Positions 1 through 8,675 of a stretch of DNA of 24,168 bases are shown piece by piece. The stretch covers positions 1 through 24,168 of IMG/VR virus record IMGVR_UViG_3300010398_000050, one strand, 5' to 3'. The notes below the pieces were generated by a model. The model worked only from the letters and a program-made list of their open reading frames with translations, was not told the origin of the DNA and did not search any database. The position numbers were made by a program, and so were the translations under genes. This DNA is from a virus (taxonomy: Duplodnaviria; Caudoviricetes). Every line of letters begins with the position of its first letter. Position 1 is the first letter of the stretch.

Positions 1-1499
1 CGCCCCGACGTTGAAAATGGATTGCGCGGATTTCCTGCCGAGTTGGCGAACGCATCCAGCCACTCCTGATACGACAAGTCGTGCGGGCCTTTCTTCTTCC
101 TGGGATCCTGCGGGCCGTAACGCGGGTCAGGCGGGCCGTAGACCGCATTGGGATTAGGTGGAGGCGGATACCAGCTAGGGCCGGGAGTCTTGAATGTCTC
201 GCGCACGTTGTTGAATGCACCACCCGTCTCCATGTCGCAAATTCCAATCAAGGTCGCCAGGAAGAGATTGTAATCCCACGGCCCATGCCAGTCCTTCGCG
301 GCTTTGATGAAATAATTGCCCCAACTCTCGGGCATCTGAACGTCTGCCTCAAGCTCCTTGCCCAGCCCTGTCGAAACCGTTGCACCTGGAACTGTCGATT
401 GCTTGGCGAGCTTCGGATCCACGGGGATGCGTTGCGAGACGGCAAACTGCTTCTCGCGCAGCCGAACTTCCTGAACGAAGCCATCCGAGTCACATTGAAT
501 TTTCGAGCCGACAACGAAATACTCGCCGGTCAAGCCAAGCTGCGGAATGTTGACCTTGGCAATGCTGTTCTGCCTGATCATGATCCCCGGATCAACAATC
601 GTCACCTTGATTTCAAGACTGCCGACCTTACCTTCGAAAATTTCCTCGTTGGCGGTCTTGGTCGCCTTCTTGGGAGACGTGATGCTGGAGTCGAACATGA
701 TCTTGCGGGATTTCTTGACCCACATCTTCGTGGTCGAGTCGTTCGCCGTCTCCATGAAACCCTGCTCGCCCCGCTGGCCGAAGACCCAGACAGCCGCGTA
801 ACGCCGCTGCATGTTCTTGTTGATTTCAAGCCTCTCCACCGGAATGTAATACTGGCGGATGTGCTGCGGGTCGTTGCTTGCAGGAGTGCCAAAGAAGTAG
901 ACGGGAGACGAATGGTAGTTGAGTGCTCCTGAAATCAGCGTACCCTTCGGGTCGCACCAAAGAAATTGTTTCTCCTTGCGCACGATCCTGTACCAGAAGT
1001 CCCAGTACGACTCCGAGCCGTCCGTGTAGAACGTCTTCTTGCTCTTGTTCGCAGGCGAAAGATCGATGCCGGGGAAATTCAGTGTCTGCGCCTGCGTGGA
1101 GATGACTTGATGCGCCGCCTTCAGTTTGTAGCGGTACGGAGGCGCAGTCGAGTCCACGGCGACTGAACTGAAATCTCGGCCCATGATCTGGATCGATCCA
1201 CCGTCATCGAACGATGCCTCATCCGCGATCCCGTTCATGATGTAGCTGATGCCTTCTCGTCCGACACCGAAAAGTTCCAGGCGAATTTCAGAATCACGCT
1301 GGAACATCTCCAGCATCGAACCGTGTGGATCCGCAACCGAAAGCTGCCAGCTATCCGAATCGTTGTCGAGCGCCGTGTCAACGAAATATGACTCGATTGC
1401 CGTGAGCGTCTTCGGACGGTAGCCGGTGTTGTTCCAGCGAGTCGTGATGATCGCACGAACGTTTGAAATGCTGGGATTACTCGGAACGCTACTTGGCAT
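1..1499 (-). CDS. Baseplate hub (Mu gp44/T4 gp27-like) fused to a putative lytic transglycosylase domain; runs off the left edge
   Basis: Not in the ORF track (no stop in window). My translation from ATG 1499: MPSSVPSNPSISNVRAIITTRWNN...SYFVDTALDNDSDSWQLSV...IQIMGRDFSSVAVDS...TDGSESYWDFWYRIVRKEKQFLWCDPKG...GEYFVVGSK, resembling Mu gp44-type hubs; then YFIKAAKDW...LATLIGICDMETGGAF (SLT-like helix with Glu). Follows the tape measure and LysM genes. Confidence 0.75.
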   Translation of the reverse strand, partial: MPSSVPSNPSISNVRAIITTRWNNTGYRPKTLTAIESYFVDTALDNDSDSWQLSVADPHGSMLEMFQRDSEIRLELFGVGREGISYIMNGIADEASFDDGGSIQIMGRDFSSVAVDSTAPPYRYKLKAAHQVISTQAQTLNFPGIDLSPANKSKKTFYTDGSESYWDFWYRIVRKEKQFLWCDPKGTLISGALNYHSSPVYFFGTPASNDPQHIRQYYIPVERLEINKNMQRRYAAVWVFGQRGEQGFMETANDSTTKMWVKKSRKIMFDSSITSPKKATKTANEEIFEGKVGSLEIKVTIVDPGIMIRQNSIAKVNIPQLGLTGEYFVVGSKIQCDSDGFVQEVRLREKQFAVSQRIPVDPKLAKQSTVPGATVSTGLGKELEADVQMPESWGNYFIKAAKDWHGPWDYNLFLATLIGICDMETGGAFNNVRETFKTPGPSWYPPPPNPNAVYGPPDPRYGPQDPRKKKGPHDLSYQEWLDAFANSAGNPRNPFSTSG

Positions 1500-1680
1500 G
1501 GACTTTGGCTTTCCTTAGTTCGCGTTGTAATTCGATTTGTAGAGCAGCGCTGTCGATCAGTGCGTCGAACTGGGCGTTTCTCCGTTGCTTGTCAGCCCCT
1601 GGATGCCGTTCGCACCACTTCTGAAATTCCACGATGGCTTGTCTATGCCGTGCCCTCACTTTTCCCTTTGCCTCGGCCAC
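1489..1680 (-). CDS. Hypothetical protein, 63 aa
   Basis: Fills the gap between the LysM gene and hub and overlaps the hub start by 11 nt; no recognisable motif. Confidence 0.5.
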   Translation of the reverse strand: MAEAKGKVRARHRQAIVEFQKWCERHPGADKQRRNAQFDALIDSAALQIELQRELRKAKVHAK

Positions 1681-1691
1681 TTGACCCCATT

Positions 1692-2537
1692 TCAGTAAAC
1701 GATCTTCGAACCGACAGGCCAGCGGTGAGTAGGTAGCTCGTAGTTGGCAGGAGTAGACTCTCCAGGCCGTGCCTTGAAAAAAGCGTTCACCCTCTTCTGG
1801 TTGAGCGGCACGAGCCTCGTCCAGAGGTTTGCGTCCTTGTAGACCTTGTACGCGATCTGGCGGAACGTCTGCACGCCCGCCTTGACAGTGAAAACGTGAT
1901 GCGCTTTTCCTTTTGGGATCGTCTTGACAGCCGGGTTGGGATCTGGTGGCAGACCATGCGGATCCTCTACCTGCCCGCCGACGCCGATAATTACAAAGCT
2001 GAGCGTGTAGGCAATCGAATGCGTACGGTCGTCCGGGTCGTGATTGAAATCCCAGCTTTCAGGCAAGACATAGAGCCAGTTGCTGAGCAGCCCCGGCATG
2101 TAGAGCCGCAAGCCGTTGCGCTGATTCGTTGTCAGGATCTGAAGACATGCCTGCATTTTCAGTGCCGACGACGTGCCGGGGAAAATTCCATTCATCGACA
2201 GACGGCCTTCTTCATAATGCGTCGTCTGACCTCTGACGATCTTGCCGCCAATTACATGATGCAGACCGAGTTGTGCCTGACCGGTGCGGCTGAAGCCTTC
2301 GATACCGGCAGGGAAGCCGAACAGAGTCTTGCCGTCCGTCGTCGTGATGTAGCAACGCGGATGACGCATGTTCCCGGCGGTCGCATTGTTCGGGCCATAA
2401 ATCGATCCAGGGCCGATGATGTAGCGAGCCGGATCCATGCCGGTGCCGACATCCCAGACCTGAACGACCTTCGGCTTGTCGTCAAACGCATCCGGGTTCT
2501 GTCCGCCGCCGAGAATTACACTTTGGACTTCCGCCAT
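1692..2537 (-). CDS. Tail tube initiator/baseplate protein with C-terminal LysM-like domain
   Basis: C-terminal HVFTVKAGVQTFRQIAYKVYKDANLWTRLVPLN is LysM/gpX-like; directly downstream of the tape measure, as in myophages. Confidence 0.7.
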   Translation of the reverse strand: MAEVQSVILGGGQNPDAFDDKPKVVQVWDVGTGMDPARYIIGPGSIYGPNNATAGNMRHPRCYITTTDGKTLFGFPAGIEGFSRTGQAQLGLHHVIGGKIVRGQTTHYEEGRLSMNGIFPGTSSALKMQACLQILTTNQRNGLRLYMPGLLSNWLYVLPESWDFNHDPDDRTHSIAYTLSFVIIGVGGQVEDPHGLPPDPNPAVKTIPKGKAHHVFTVKAGVQTFRQIAYKVYKDANLWTRLVPLNQKRVNAFFKARPGESTPANYELPTHRWPVGSKIVY

Positions 2538-2538
2538 T

Positions 2539-4710
2539 TCAGTTGCTCCTCTGGGTCTTCCCTGGTTTGCCGCCCTGGCTTGGATACTTGTTGGCCCACA
2601 TTTTCACTGGAACGTGTACGCGCTTCTGGGTCGTTGTGCCATCCGGATGCTTGAGGGTGATGTTCATCCAAAGCTCGCCACTGACCCCGGCAAACGGGTT
2701 ATTCATGCCCGTCACCGTATTGCCGTTCGTTCCCCAAAGCTGGTTGGCCTTTGCCAGTGAGCGCTGCGATGAAATCAGACGATTCCCTCTCTGCCATGCC
2801 GCGGCTCTACCACCGCCACCCTCGCCTTGACCGGCAGGGTCAGCGTTGTAGAAGTAGTCGAAGATGGTCGCTGCAGTGCCAACAGGCCCAGCAAATTTCG
2901 CAAACTTGGCAAATTTCGCAGCGTGGCCTGTCGCATCAAGCGCGTCCATCGCAATCGCCGTATCCAACTTCCGGTTCCGGAAGAAATTCCCGACTCCTCC
3001 TGGAAAACGTCTGACCTTGCCCAGCAAGCCAAAGAATTTCGAACCGCCTTTTGCTGCAGCTACGTCTTCACCGACTCGCTCTGCATCGCTCGCAGCCTTT
3101 CCCAGCGGAGTTCTACTTCCACCACCGAAATTTCCTCCTCTGATCAACTGATCGACCACGACGACGTAGAGCGGATTCGTAGGCGAAGCGCCGAGAGTTG
3201 CGCCGCCAGCCATCATCGCTTTTGCAGCATTGGCCTCGACTAGTGCATGCCCAAGCCCGCCGCCACCACCGCCGAAGAGCCGGTTGAAAAGCGGCAATTT
3301 CCCTAGAAGTTTTCCTCCTCCGAGCATGCGGCCGACTGTAATTCCACCAATCGCCGCCAAGCCTCCCCAAGCGAGCCGGTGTGTCCACTTGGGATGATTC
3401 TGTGCCCAGTGCTGCGGGCCTGTGACAAGATGGCCCGCGCTCCAATTGAGCACCGGTTCGAACGTCTGCGCAACCTGTAGCGCCATGTTGTTGATCGCAA
3501 TCGACGCCTGCTGCAATTTCGCCCGCTTCTGAAAATTCTTCCAGGCGAGTGCCATGTTGTGCGCGTCATCAACGTTGTTGTTCTGCTCGTTGACCATCAT
3601 CTGCAGATCCTGGTTGAGCGACTGCACATTTCCTCGCTGCCGCAACTGGTGCGCGAGTATGATCGCTGCCCGGATTCCGTGGATACGCGGAATCATCTTG
3701 CGCAGGCGAGTCATCTCTGCGGCCGGAATTCCGGGCAGGTTGCTCTGATCGTCAAGCTGGTCGTCCGGAATTGCTGAAATTGCTCCGATCCTGCCCGTGT
3801 TCGTGATTGTCCGCAGCAATTTCATGGTGGCTGCGTACACACCACGACGCTCCACGAACTGCGGTGTAATTCCGATCCCCGCCAGAGCCTTCGCAGCACC
3901 GCCCGTCGGCTGGGCAACACTCTGTAGCAGGTACGTCAGCCCGCGCATTGCGACGGCCGGAGGAGCGCCTGTACGAACAGCCCCTAGTGTGAGACTCATC
4001 ATCTGCGCCTGGGCCAGACGAGGGCTTACAGAGCGTCCTGGGGCCATCTGGAACATCGACGCCAGTGTCGGGATCTGAGCCGCAATCTCCGGGGCCGCCG
4101 AGACTCCACCCGGAGCGGTCTTGATCAGAGCGAACCACATCCGGTTGAATTCTGAGATGTTCTTGAAATTGTTCTGCCGTCCGAACGCCACATTCAACGT
4201 TGACGCCGCCTTGGTCAGATCCTCGACCGGGGTCTGAGACAATTTCGCTGCCTGGCCGATGTTCTTGATGATGTCCGGAAGCTCCGACTGCTTGACACCC
4301 TGAACAGTCGAAAGGTAGTTGATCGTCGCGTCGTTGATTTCATTGATCGGAGTCAATGAATCAACGGATGCCTGCCGCAGACTGTCGCCCATCTGCTTGA
4401 TCGCGTTGTCACTGAAAATCCCGCCGCCTGCAGGCTCACCGATAGCCTGCATCAGCCCGAGTTGCTGCTGCACGTCTTTCAGTTGCCCGATCATGCGCGT
4501 CAGCCCGAAGATCGCCTGTCCTGCGACTGCATAGCGGATCGTCGTTCCCAGTGCGCGCCACTGGTCGTTCAGCCGGGTGGAGAGCCTCGTCGTGTCGTTG
4601 ATCGAACGGGCAATGTTCCCAAAGCCCTGCGACACCGTGCCCATCTGGGCAATCGCCTGATTGCCACGAGCGCGGAAGGTAGTTGTAATTGTGTTGTTGA
4701 TCGTGCTCAT
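2539..4710 (-). CDS. Tail tape measure protein, 723 aa
   Basis: Ala/Gly-rich helical protein with TP901-type core (GLTYLLQSVAQPTGGAAKALAGIGI), hydrophobic segments, directly after the chaperone pair. Confidence 0.9.
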   Translation of the reverse strand: MSTINNTITTTFRARGNQAIAQMGTVSQGFGNIARSINDTTRLSTRLNDQWRALGTTIRYAVAGQAIFGLTRMIGQLKDVQQQLGLMQAIGEPAGGGIFSDNAIKQMGDSLRQASVDSLTPINEINDATINYLSTVQGVKQSELPDIIKNIGQAAKLSQTPVEDLTKAASTLNVAFGRQNNFKNISEFNRMWFALIKTAPGGVSAAPEIAAQIPTLASMFQMAPGRSVSPRLAQAQMMSLTLGAVRTGAPPAVAMRGLTYLLQSVAQPTGGAAKALAGIGITPQFVERRGVYAATMKLLRTITNTGRIGAISAIPDDQLDDQSNLPGIPAAEMTRLRKMIPRIHGIRAAIILAHQLRQRGNVQSLNQDLQMMVNEQNNNVDDAHNMALAWKNFQKRAKLQQASIAINNMALQVAQTFEPVLNWSAGHLVTGPQHWAQNHPKWTHRLAWGGLAAIGGITVGRMLGGGKLLGKLPLFNRLFGGGGGGLGHALVEANAAKAMMAGGATLGASPTNPLYVVVVDQLIRGGNFGGGSRTPLGKAASDAERVGEDVAAAKGGSKFFGLLGKVRRFPGGVGNFFRNRKLDTAIAMDALDATGHAAKFAKFAKFAGPVGTAATIFDYFYNADPAGQGEGGGGRAAAWQRGNRLISSQRSLAKANQLWGTNGNTVTGMNNPFAGVSGELWMNITLKHPDGTTTQKRVHVPVKMWANKYPSQGGKPGKTQRSN

Positions 4711-5099
4711 ACTTCTACCTCGACTTCGATTTCACCCTCTCCGTCTCCGTTGCTCCCGTTGCTGCTGAAGCTCTTGCTGGGCTTTCTGAAATCCAGATCG
4801 ACGCTGTATCCGGCCTCCTCGACTGACGGGCGGTAGATTTTGCTCTGGATGTCCTCGGACAATTCACTTTCTACGATCACTGGCTCGTTGCAGACTTCGC
4901 AGGTGGTTCGGAGGAGCTTTCCTCGGCACCAGGAGTGGACTCTTGCGAGTCGCTCGTCGTAATCGACGAGTTGGTTGAGATAGACCCAGCAAAGTTGTCC
5001 AGCAGTGGCGAAGGTGTAATCTTTGAAAGGAAGCGTTTGGCTGCGTACCATGCACCCCCAGAGAGTTCGTTCCAGTCCATTGTCTGCAAGGCTTTTTTT
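4707..5099 (-). CDS. -1 frame extension of tail assembly chaperone (gpGT-like T part)
   Basis: The -1 frame is open from the A7 slippery site: KKSLADNGLERTLWGCMVRSQTLPFKDY...HSWC...CEVC...EVEV*; its stop overlaps the tape measure ATG (ATGA). Confidence 0.8.
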   Translation of the reverse strand, partial: KKSLADNGLERTLWGCMVRSQTLPFKDYTFATAGQLCWVYLNQLVDYDERLARVHSWCRGKLLRTTCEVCNEPVIVESELSEDIQSKIYRPSVEEAGYSVDLDFRKPSKSFSSNGSNGDGEGEIEVEVEV

Positions 5100-5533
5100 A
5101 TGTTCTCTAGCTCCTCTTCCGGGATCCCTTCCAACGATGGCGATGACTGCTCGACCATCTCGTTGTAGCGATCAACAATTTCATCGATGTCGCTCACTTC
5201 GAGAGTGTCCAGCAATTTCTCTAGTGCCGTTCCTTCCTCGTCGTCCGCATAGACACGCTGCAGCAAATTCTCCGGCTCCCTAATTGCCCAGACGAGAGTC
5301 TGCTGCGCGGTCACACGATCTTTGAGGGACACTCCCGCAAGATCGTCGCCGGTCTGAATTGCATTCACTTCGTTCAGCACCTTGTAATACTCGGCCTCGG
5401 TCAGAGGCACGATTGCGACCCGAATTTCAGGATCACTGGGCAGTGGCACGTAATCGCACACGGCCTGCCCGAGCCGCATGCGCTCTAGCTTACGTTCCCT
5501 GATTCGCTCTGCCGTCGAAGCCACGTTGCGCAT
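4877..5533 (-). CDS. Tail assembly chaperone (gpG-like)
   Basis: Acidic helical protein between tube and tape measure with ...EELENIKKAL at the slippery site; start may be GTG 5524 (AAGGA upstream). Confidence 0.8.
   Translation of the reverse strand: MRNVASTAERIRERKLERMRLGQAVCDYVPLPSDPEIRVAIVPLTEAEYYKVLNEVNAIQTGDDLAGVSLKDRVTAQQTLVWAIREPENLLQRVYADDEEGTALEKLLDTLEVSDIDEIVDRYNEMVEQSSPSLEGIPEEELENIKKALQTMDWNELSGGAWYAAKRFLSKITPSPLLDNFAGSISTNSSITTSDSQESTPGAEESSSEPPAKSATSQ
5093..5099 (-). promoter_or_regulatory. Programmed -1 ribosomal frameshift slippery heptamer A AAA AAA
   Basis: Minus strand ATA AAA AAA GCC in the chaperone frame fits X XXY YYZ; an A7 run is rare in this GC-rich DNA; the -1 frame is open to 4707. 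Confidence 0.8.
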
Positions 5534-5834
5534 TCCTTTCGGCCATCAGTTCTGTCGCCTCCTGAACCGTCTTCGACATTTCCATTTGCACCGGCATTGC
5601 AATGAATTCCCGGTTGCACGTCAGGCATGTCGCCTTGATGACAATTTCAGCAAGCGGCCCTTGTCCTGCAGATTCTTTGACGCTGACATCTGGGTTCATC
5701 GTGTGGCAGTGCGGACAGACTGGCGGCAACGTCTCGACATTGATGACAGGATCCTGAGCGAGCCGTTCTAGAGCGTCAACGGCCCGCTCAGCGAGTCCCA
5801 GCAGAGCATCTGTCTGAATTTCAAGCTCTGACAT
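5490..5834 (-). CDS. Zinc-ribbon hypothetical protein, about 114 aa
   Basis: CPHC and CLTC pairs; ATG 5834 overlaps the tube stop (TGATG). Confidence 0.7.
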   Translation of the reverse strand: MSELEIQTDALLGLAERAVDALERLAQDPVINVETLPPVCPHCHTMNPDVSVKESAGQGPLAEIVIKATCLTCNREFIAMPVQMEMSKTVQEATELMAERNAQRGFDGRANQGT

Positions 5835-6235
5835 CAGTTCTGCGGTGGCTTCCACCCTGGCACCGAGATGTCGCAGTCGAGCGTTACGTCGTTGAGCGTG
5901 GAGCGGATTGAAATCCGGTTCCAGTTGCAGCCCAGGTACGTGTAGACGTTGTTGCCGCGCTTCACCTTGACCTGAAAGTCGCGCATGTTCTTCAGCACGC
6001 TCTCGTCGTTCATGTGACCGGCAACGCCGTCCTTGAGCAGAATTGCAGAGAAGCTGACGGTGCCTTCGTCGGCCGGACGTACCCTACGCAGTACCGGGCC
6101 GTCCGTGCCGAATGCACCCTGGTAGGCGACTTCCTGGCGAGTCTCCTCCGTCATCTCCTGCGTAGCGGCGAAGTCAACGCCGTTTTCGAAGGAAATTCCC
6201 AGATCCGTCGCGGTCAAGCCTTGGAGCCATGCCAC
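5834..6235 (-). CDS. Tail tube protein, 133 aa
   Basis: Beta-rich, typical size, downstream of the sheath; strong RBS AAGGAGG before GTG. Confidence 0.75.
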   Translation of the reverse strand: MAWLQGLTATDLGISFENGVDFAATQEMTEETRQEVAYQGAFGTDGPVLRRVRPADEGTVSFSAILLKDGVAGHMNDESVLKNMRDFQVKVKRGNNVYTYLGCNWNRISIRSTLNDVTLDCDISVPGWKPPQN

Positions 6236-6250
6236 TGAAATTCCTCCTTT

Positions 6251-6358
6251 CTAGCTGACCCAGTTGAAGCCGAAGAGCAGGAAGACGATGAAGCAGACGA
6301 GGATCCCGAACGTCCAGATCCCCGAGTACGTATTGAGTCCTGTCAGGCTGAGCTTCAT
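6251..6358 (-). CDS. 35-aa single-pass membrane micro-protein
   Basis: Below ORF-track cutoff: MKLSLTGLNTYSGIWTFGILVCFIVFLLFGFNWVS*; GGGGGA RBS-like sequence upstream; fills the gap exactly; GC3-rich codons. Confidence 0.7.
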   Translation of the reverse strand: MKLSLTGLNTYSGIWTFGILVCFIVFLLFGFNWVS

Positions 6359-6367
6359 CGTTCCCCC

Positions 6368-6874
6368 CTAGACTGGGATCGTGAGGTTCCGCTGCACGAT
6401 CCCTTCGACATGCGAGCGGTTCAGTCCGACTTGGTATGAAATACGATTCAGGTTCATCCCCTCCTCACGTAACTGCAGAATTTTCAGAACCTTCGCCTTC
6501 TTGATCGGTCGTGGCCTACTTCCCCGTCGTGCAGGATGAGCATCTGCCCATGCGATCATTTCCTTGGCCTTCAACCGCTTGACTCGCAGGTACGGCTCAA
6601 TCTGCTTCAGAAATTCAGAAGCAACTGCACGATTGACCGTGTAAATCTTGTGCAGCGGAGTTCGGTTTCCGTACGACTGACTGACGCGATGCGTCAGCAT
6701 GATCCCATGTTCCGCGCAGAAAGCCTGAATTTCAAACAGCACTTGCTCTTGCGGCTCTGCCTGGCATATCTCCACAAGAACCCGCGCTGTTCGGCCATCC
6801 GGATAGAACCCGATGCAGCCTTCACCGTCGAGGAAACCAGCGATGTATTGCCAGGAAATTTCATTCATGGTCAT
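6368..6874 (-). CDS. Free-standing single-motif LAGLIDADG homing endonuclease with C-terminal HTH-like region, 168 aa
   Basis: WQYIAGFLDGEGCI motif, FLKQIEPYLRVKR motif, C-terminal KILQLREEGMNLNRISYQVGLNRSHVEGIV; ATG overlaps the sheath stop (ATGA). Confidence 0.9.
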   Translation of the reverse strand: MTMNEISWQYIAGFLDGEGCIGFYPDGRTARVLVEICQAEPQEQVLFEIQAFCAEHGIMLTHRVSQSYGNRTPLHKIYTVNRAVASEFLKQIEPYLRVKRLKAKEMIAWADAHPARRGSRPRPIKKAKVLKILQLREEGMNLNRISYQVGLNRSHVEGIVQRNLTIPV

Positions 6875-6891
6875 ACAGGGATTGTTAGATT
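6389..6891 (-). mobile_element. Homing endonuclease insertion carrying a replacement 3' end for the sheath gene
   Basis: Bounded by two synonymous versions of NLTIPV-stop at 6871-6891 and 6368-6388. Confidence 0.7.
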
Positions 6892-8025
6892 CGCCGCGAC
6901 CTTGATCGTGGAAATTCCACGCCGGACGACGCCCGAGTAGCCGACCGTGACTTGCCGGTTGTCCGTCGAGCTTGTTACGTTGACGCTGTAGCCCTGCGTG
7001 CCGTCGGGCTGCGTGATCGGCTGAATCCACTCGCCACGCTCCGCGAGAATTGCAGCGACGCCAGAGCGAATGTGCTCCCGCGTCGATTCCGAATTCGGCT
7101 GACGCAGGTATTCGCTGTCGTAGATGTAATTCCGCACGTCGATGAAAACCTGATCCACGATCACACGGGTGTAGAGCGCGTCGTACGCCCCGTTCGTCGT
7201 GTAGACGGTGCGGAGATGCGTCGTTGCGACTCCACCGGCCACACGGGACGGCTGCAGCGGCGAGACGCCTCCCTGGAGCAAGTCTTCGAAGTCGTCCACG
7301 GCCGTACCGGAAACAACCTTGCGCCTGAAAAGCGGCAGGCCGAAGCTATCGACTTCGATCCCGCTCAGTGACGGAATGACCCACAGGTCGAGGTCATTCG
7401 TCGGATCGGCGTTCTTCGCAATTTCAGCCGCTGCGTATGCGGCTGCAAAGGAACCACCCCGAAGTGTTCCCAGCGAGTCGTAGACGCCGGGGCCGACGAG
7501 CACAAACCGAGTCGCCTGCGGAACCAACTGCGGAGAGCCGCCTGCAATTGCAGTTGCCGCCGTGATCAGGTTCGCCTTCGTCGTTCCCGCTGCCAGACCG
7601 CCGAGTGCGATCTGCTTGTTGTAGAGCAAGTCCGCGTTCGCCGCCGACTGAGCGAGCGCAACGAGGTCAGCCTGCAATTCTGAGCCGGTCAGACGCAGGC
7701 GGATCGTCGGATCCGACTCGAATTTCTCCCAGACTGCTTGCCGCTGGACGAGAGTCGGTGCCGTTCCCTTCGCAGAACAGGCCGCAATTACAGGCCCAGC
7801 CCCGGCCGTGAGTACCGCTGAAATCAGCGATGTCAAAACCGATGCGGGGCCGAATGCGTCGTTCGCCTGATCAACGCGGGTGAACGTTGCCGGTGTTGCA
7901 ATTGCCGCCGTTCCTACCGTGTCCGCCTGACCTTCGATGGCGATAGGCAAGTAGATGTCTGCCGCCGTCTTCGGAATCAGGTTACTTGCGTCGAGGACGC
8001 GAGGATCGAGCAAGGTACTGGACAA
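6871..8025 (-). CDS. Contractile tail sheath protein, compact (384 aa)
   Basis: Sheath C-terminal signatures: EDLLQGGVSPL, LYTRVIVDQVFIDVR...YLRQPNSESTREHIRSGV, VTVGYSGVVRRGISTIKV; GGAGG RBS with TTG start. Confidence 0.88.
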   Translation of the reverse strand: MSSTLLDPRVLDASNLIPKTAADIYLPIAIEGQADTVGTAAIATPATFTRVDQANDAFGPASVLTSLISAVLTAGAGPVIAACSAKGTAPTLVQRQAVWEKFESDPTIRLRLTGSELQADLVALAQSAANADLLYNKQIALGGLAAGTTKANLITAATAIAGGSPQLVPQATRFVLVGPGVYDSLGTLRGGSFAAAYAAAEIAKNADPTNDLDLWVIPSLSGIEVDSFGLPLFRRKVVSGTAVDDFEDLLQGGVSPLQPSRVAGGVATTHLRTVYTTNGAYDALYTRVIVDQVFIDVRNYIYDSEYLRQPNSESTREHIRSGVAAILAERGEWIQPITQPDGTQGYSVNVTSSTDNRQVTVGYSGVVRRGISTIKVAANLTIPV

Positions 8026-8041
8026 ATTTCCTCCTTCCTAC

Positions 8042-8674
8042 CTATCCGAGAACGAACATGTTCGGGGGTTGATCCACAATCGACAGATTGGGATCCTGCT
8101 GAATGTCTTCGATGGTCGGGCCTCCTTCCGGCAGAAGCGGTGTACGACTGAAAATCCGAAGTACGAGCGTGCAATCGACCATCCGGTAGAGCCGGAAGTC
8201 GTTCTGCATGTCCATCACGAACCTGCCGCCGCTGAAGCTCAGAATTTCAAGGTAGCCGTCTCCTCCGTCAGTGGCATCGATCAGCCGTTGCTTCGCTAGC
8301 TGTCCGCCGAAGAGCAGCGTTAGGCTCTGTCGCGCTCTCATTCGCGCTGTAAGCCCTCCCGAGGCGTCGGACGACCAAACCCCCACGTCGAAGTTGATGT
8401 GGACTTCACGGGCCTCCTGCGGGTTCACCGTCTTGGTCACGTCGTCGTAGTTCAGGGCGAAGTAATTCTGGCCCATCCCGACAACCCGGTCATCGATGGC
8501 ATCGACTTCGAAGTGGATCAGTGTCTTGTGCAACGGCATCTTGATTTCAGCGATCTGCGGAGCCGGAAACGCCATCACCACTGAATAGATGCGGGTGTTG
8601 ATGTTTGACTCCACGTAGGATTTCAAACAGCGGTTTGCCGACTCCATCCAATGCTCTGGATCGAAGACTGTCAT
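8042..8674 (-). CDS. Putative tail terminator/sheath stabiliser
   Basis: Last neck gene before the sheath; alpha/beta pattern (INFDVGVWSS...RARQSLTLLF) consistent with this class. Mostly gene order. Confidence 0.55.
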   Translation of the reverse strand: MTVFDPEHWMESANRCLKSYVESNINTRIYSVVMAFPAPQIAEIKMPLHKTLIHFEVDAIDDRVVGMGQNYFALNYDDVTKTVNPQEAREVHINFDVGVWSSDASGGLTARMRARQSLTLLFGGQLAKQRLIDATDGGDGYLEILSFSGGRFVMDMQNDFRLYRMVDCTLVLRIFSRTPLLPEGGPTIEDIQQDPNLSIVDQPPNMFVLG

Positions 8675-8675
8675 T

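Noticed and set aside
81-932. 283-aa plus-strand ORF
   Set aside because: Antisense shadow of the minus-strand hub gene; no protein-like motifs.
2889-2920. 9-bp tandem repeat (AKFAKFAKF) in the tape measure
   Set aside because: Short coding repeat with no spacers; not CRISPR-like.
6368-6891. Group I intron or intein hosting the endonuclease
   Set aside because: The sheath is complete with its own stop, the ORF fills the whole insertion leaving no room for a ribozyme core, and there are no intein splice residues.
6875-7030. 52-aa N-terminal extension of the endonuclease in the ORF track
   Set aside because: Lies inside the sheath gene; ATG 6874 with ATGA coupling puts the LAGLIDADG motif near the N-terminus as usual.
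1-8025. Tailocin or extracellular contractile injection system
   Set aside because: Terminase, portal, protease and capsid genes are in the same operon, so this is a complete phage morphogenesis module.
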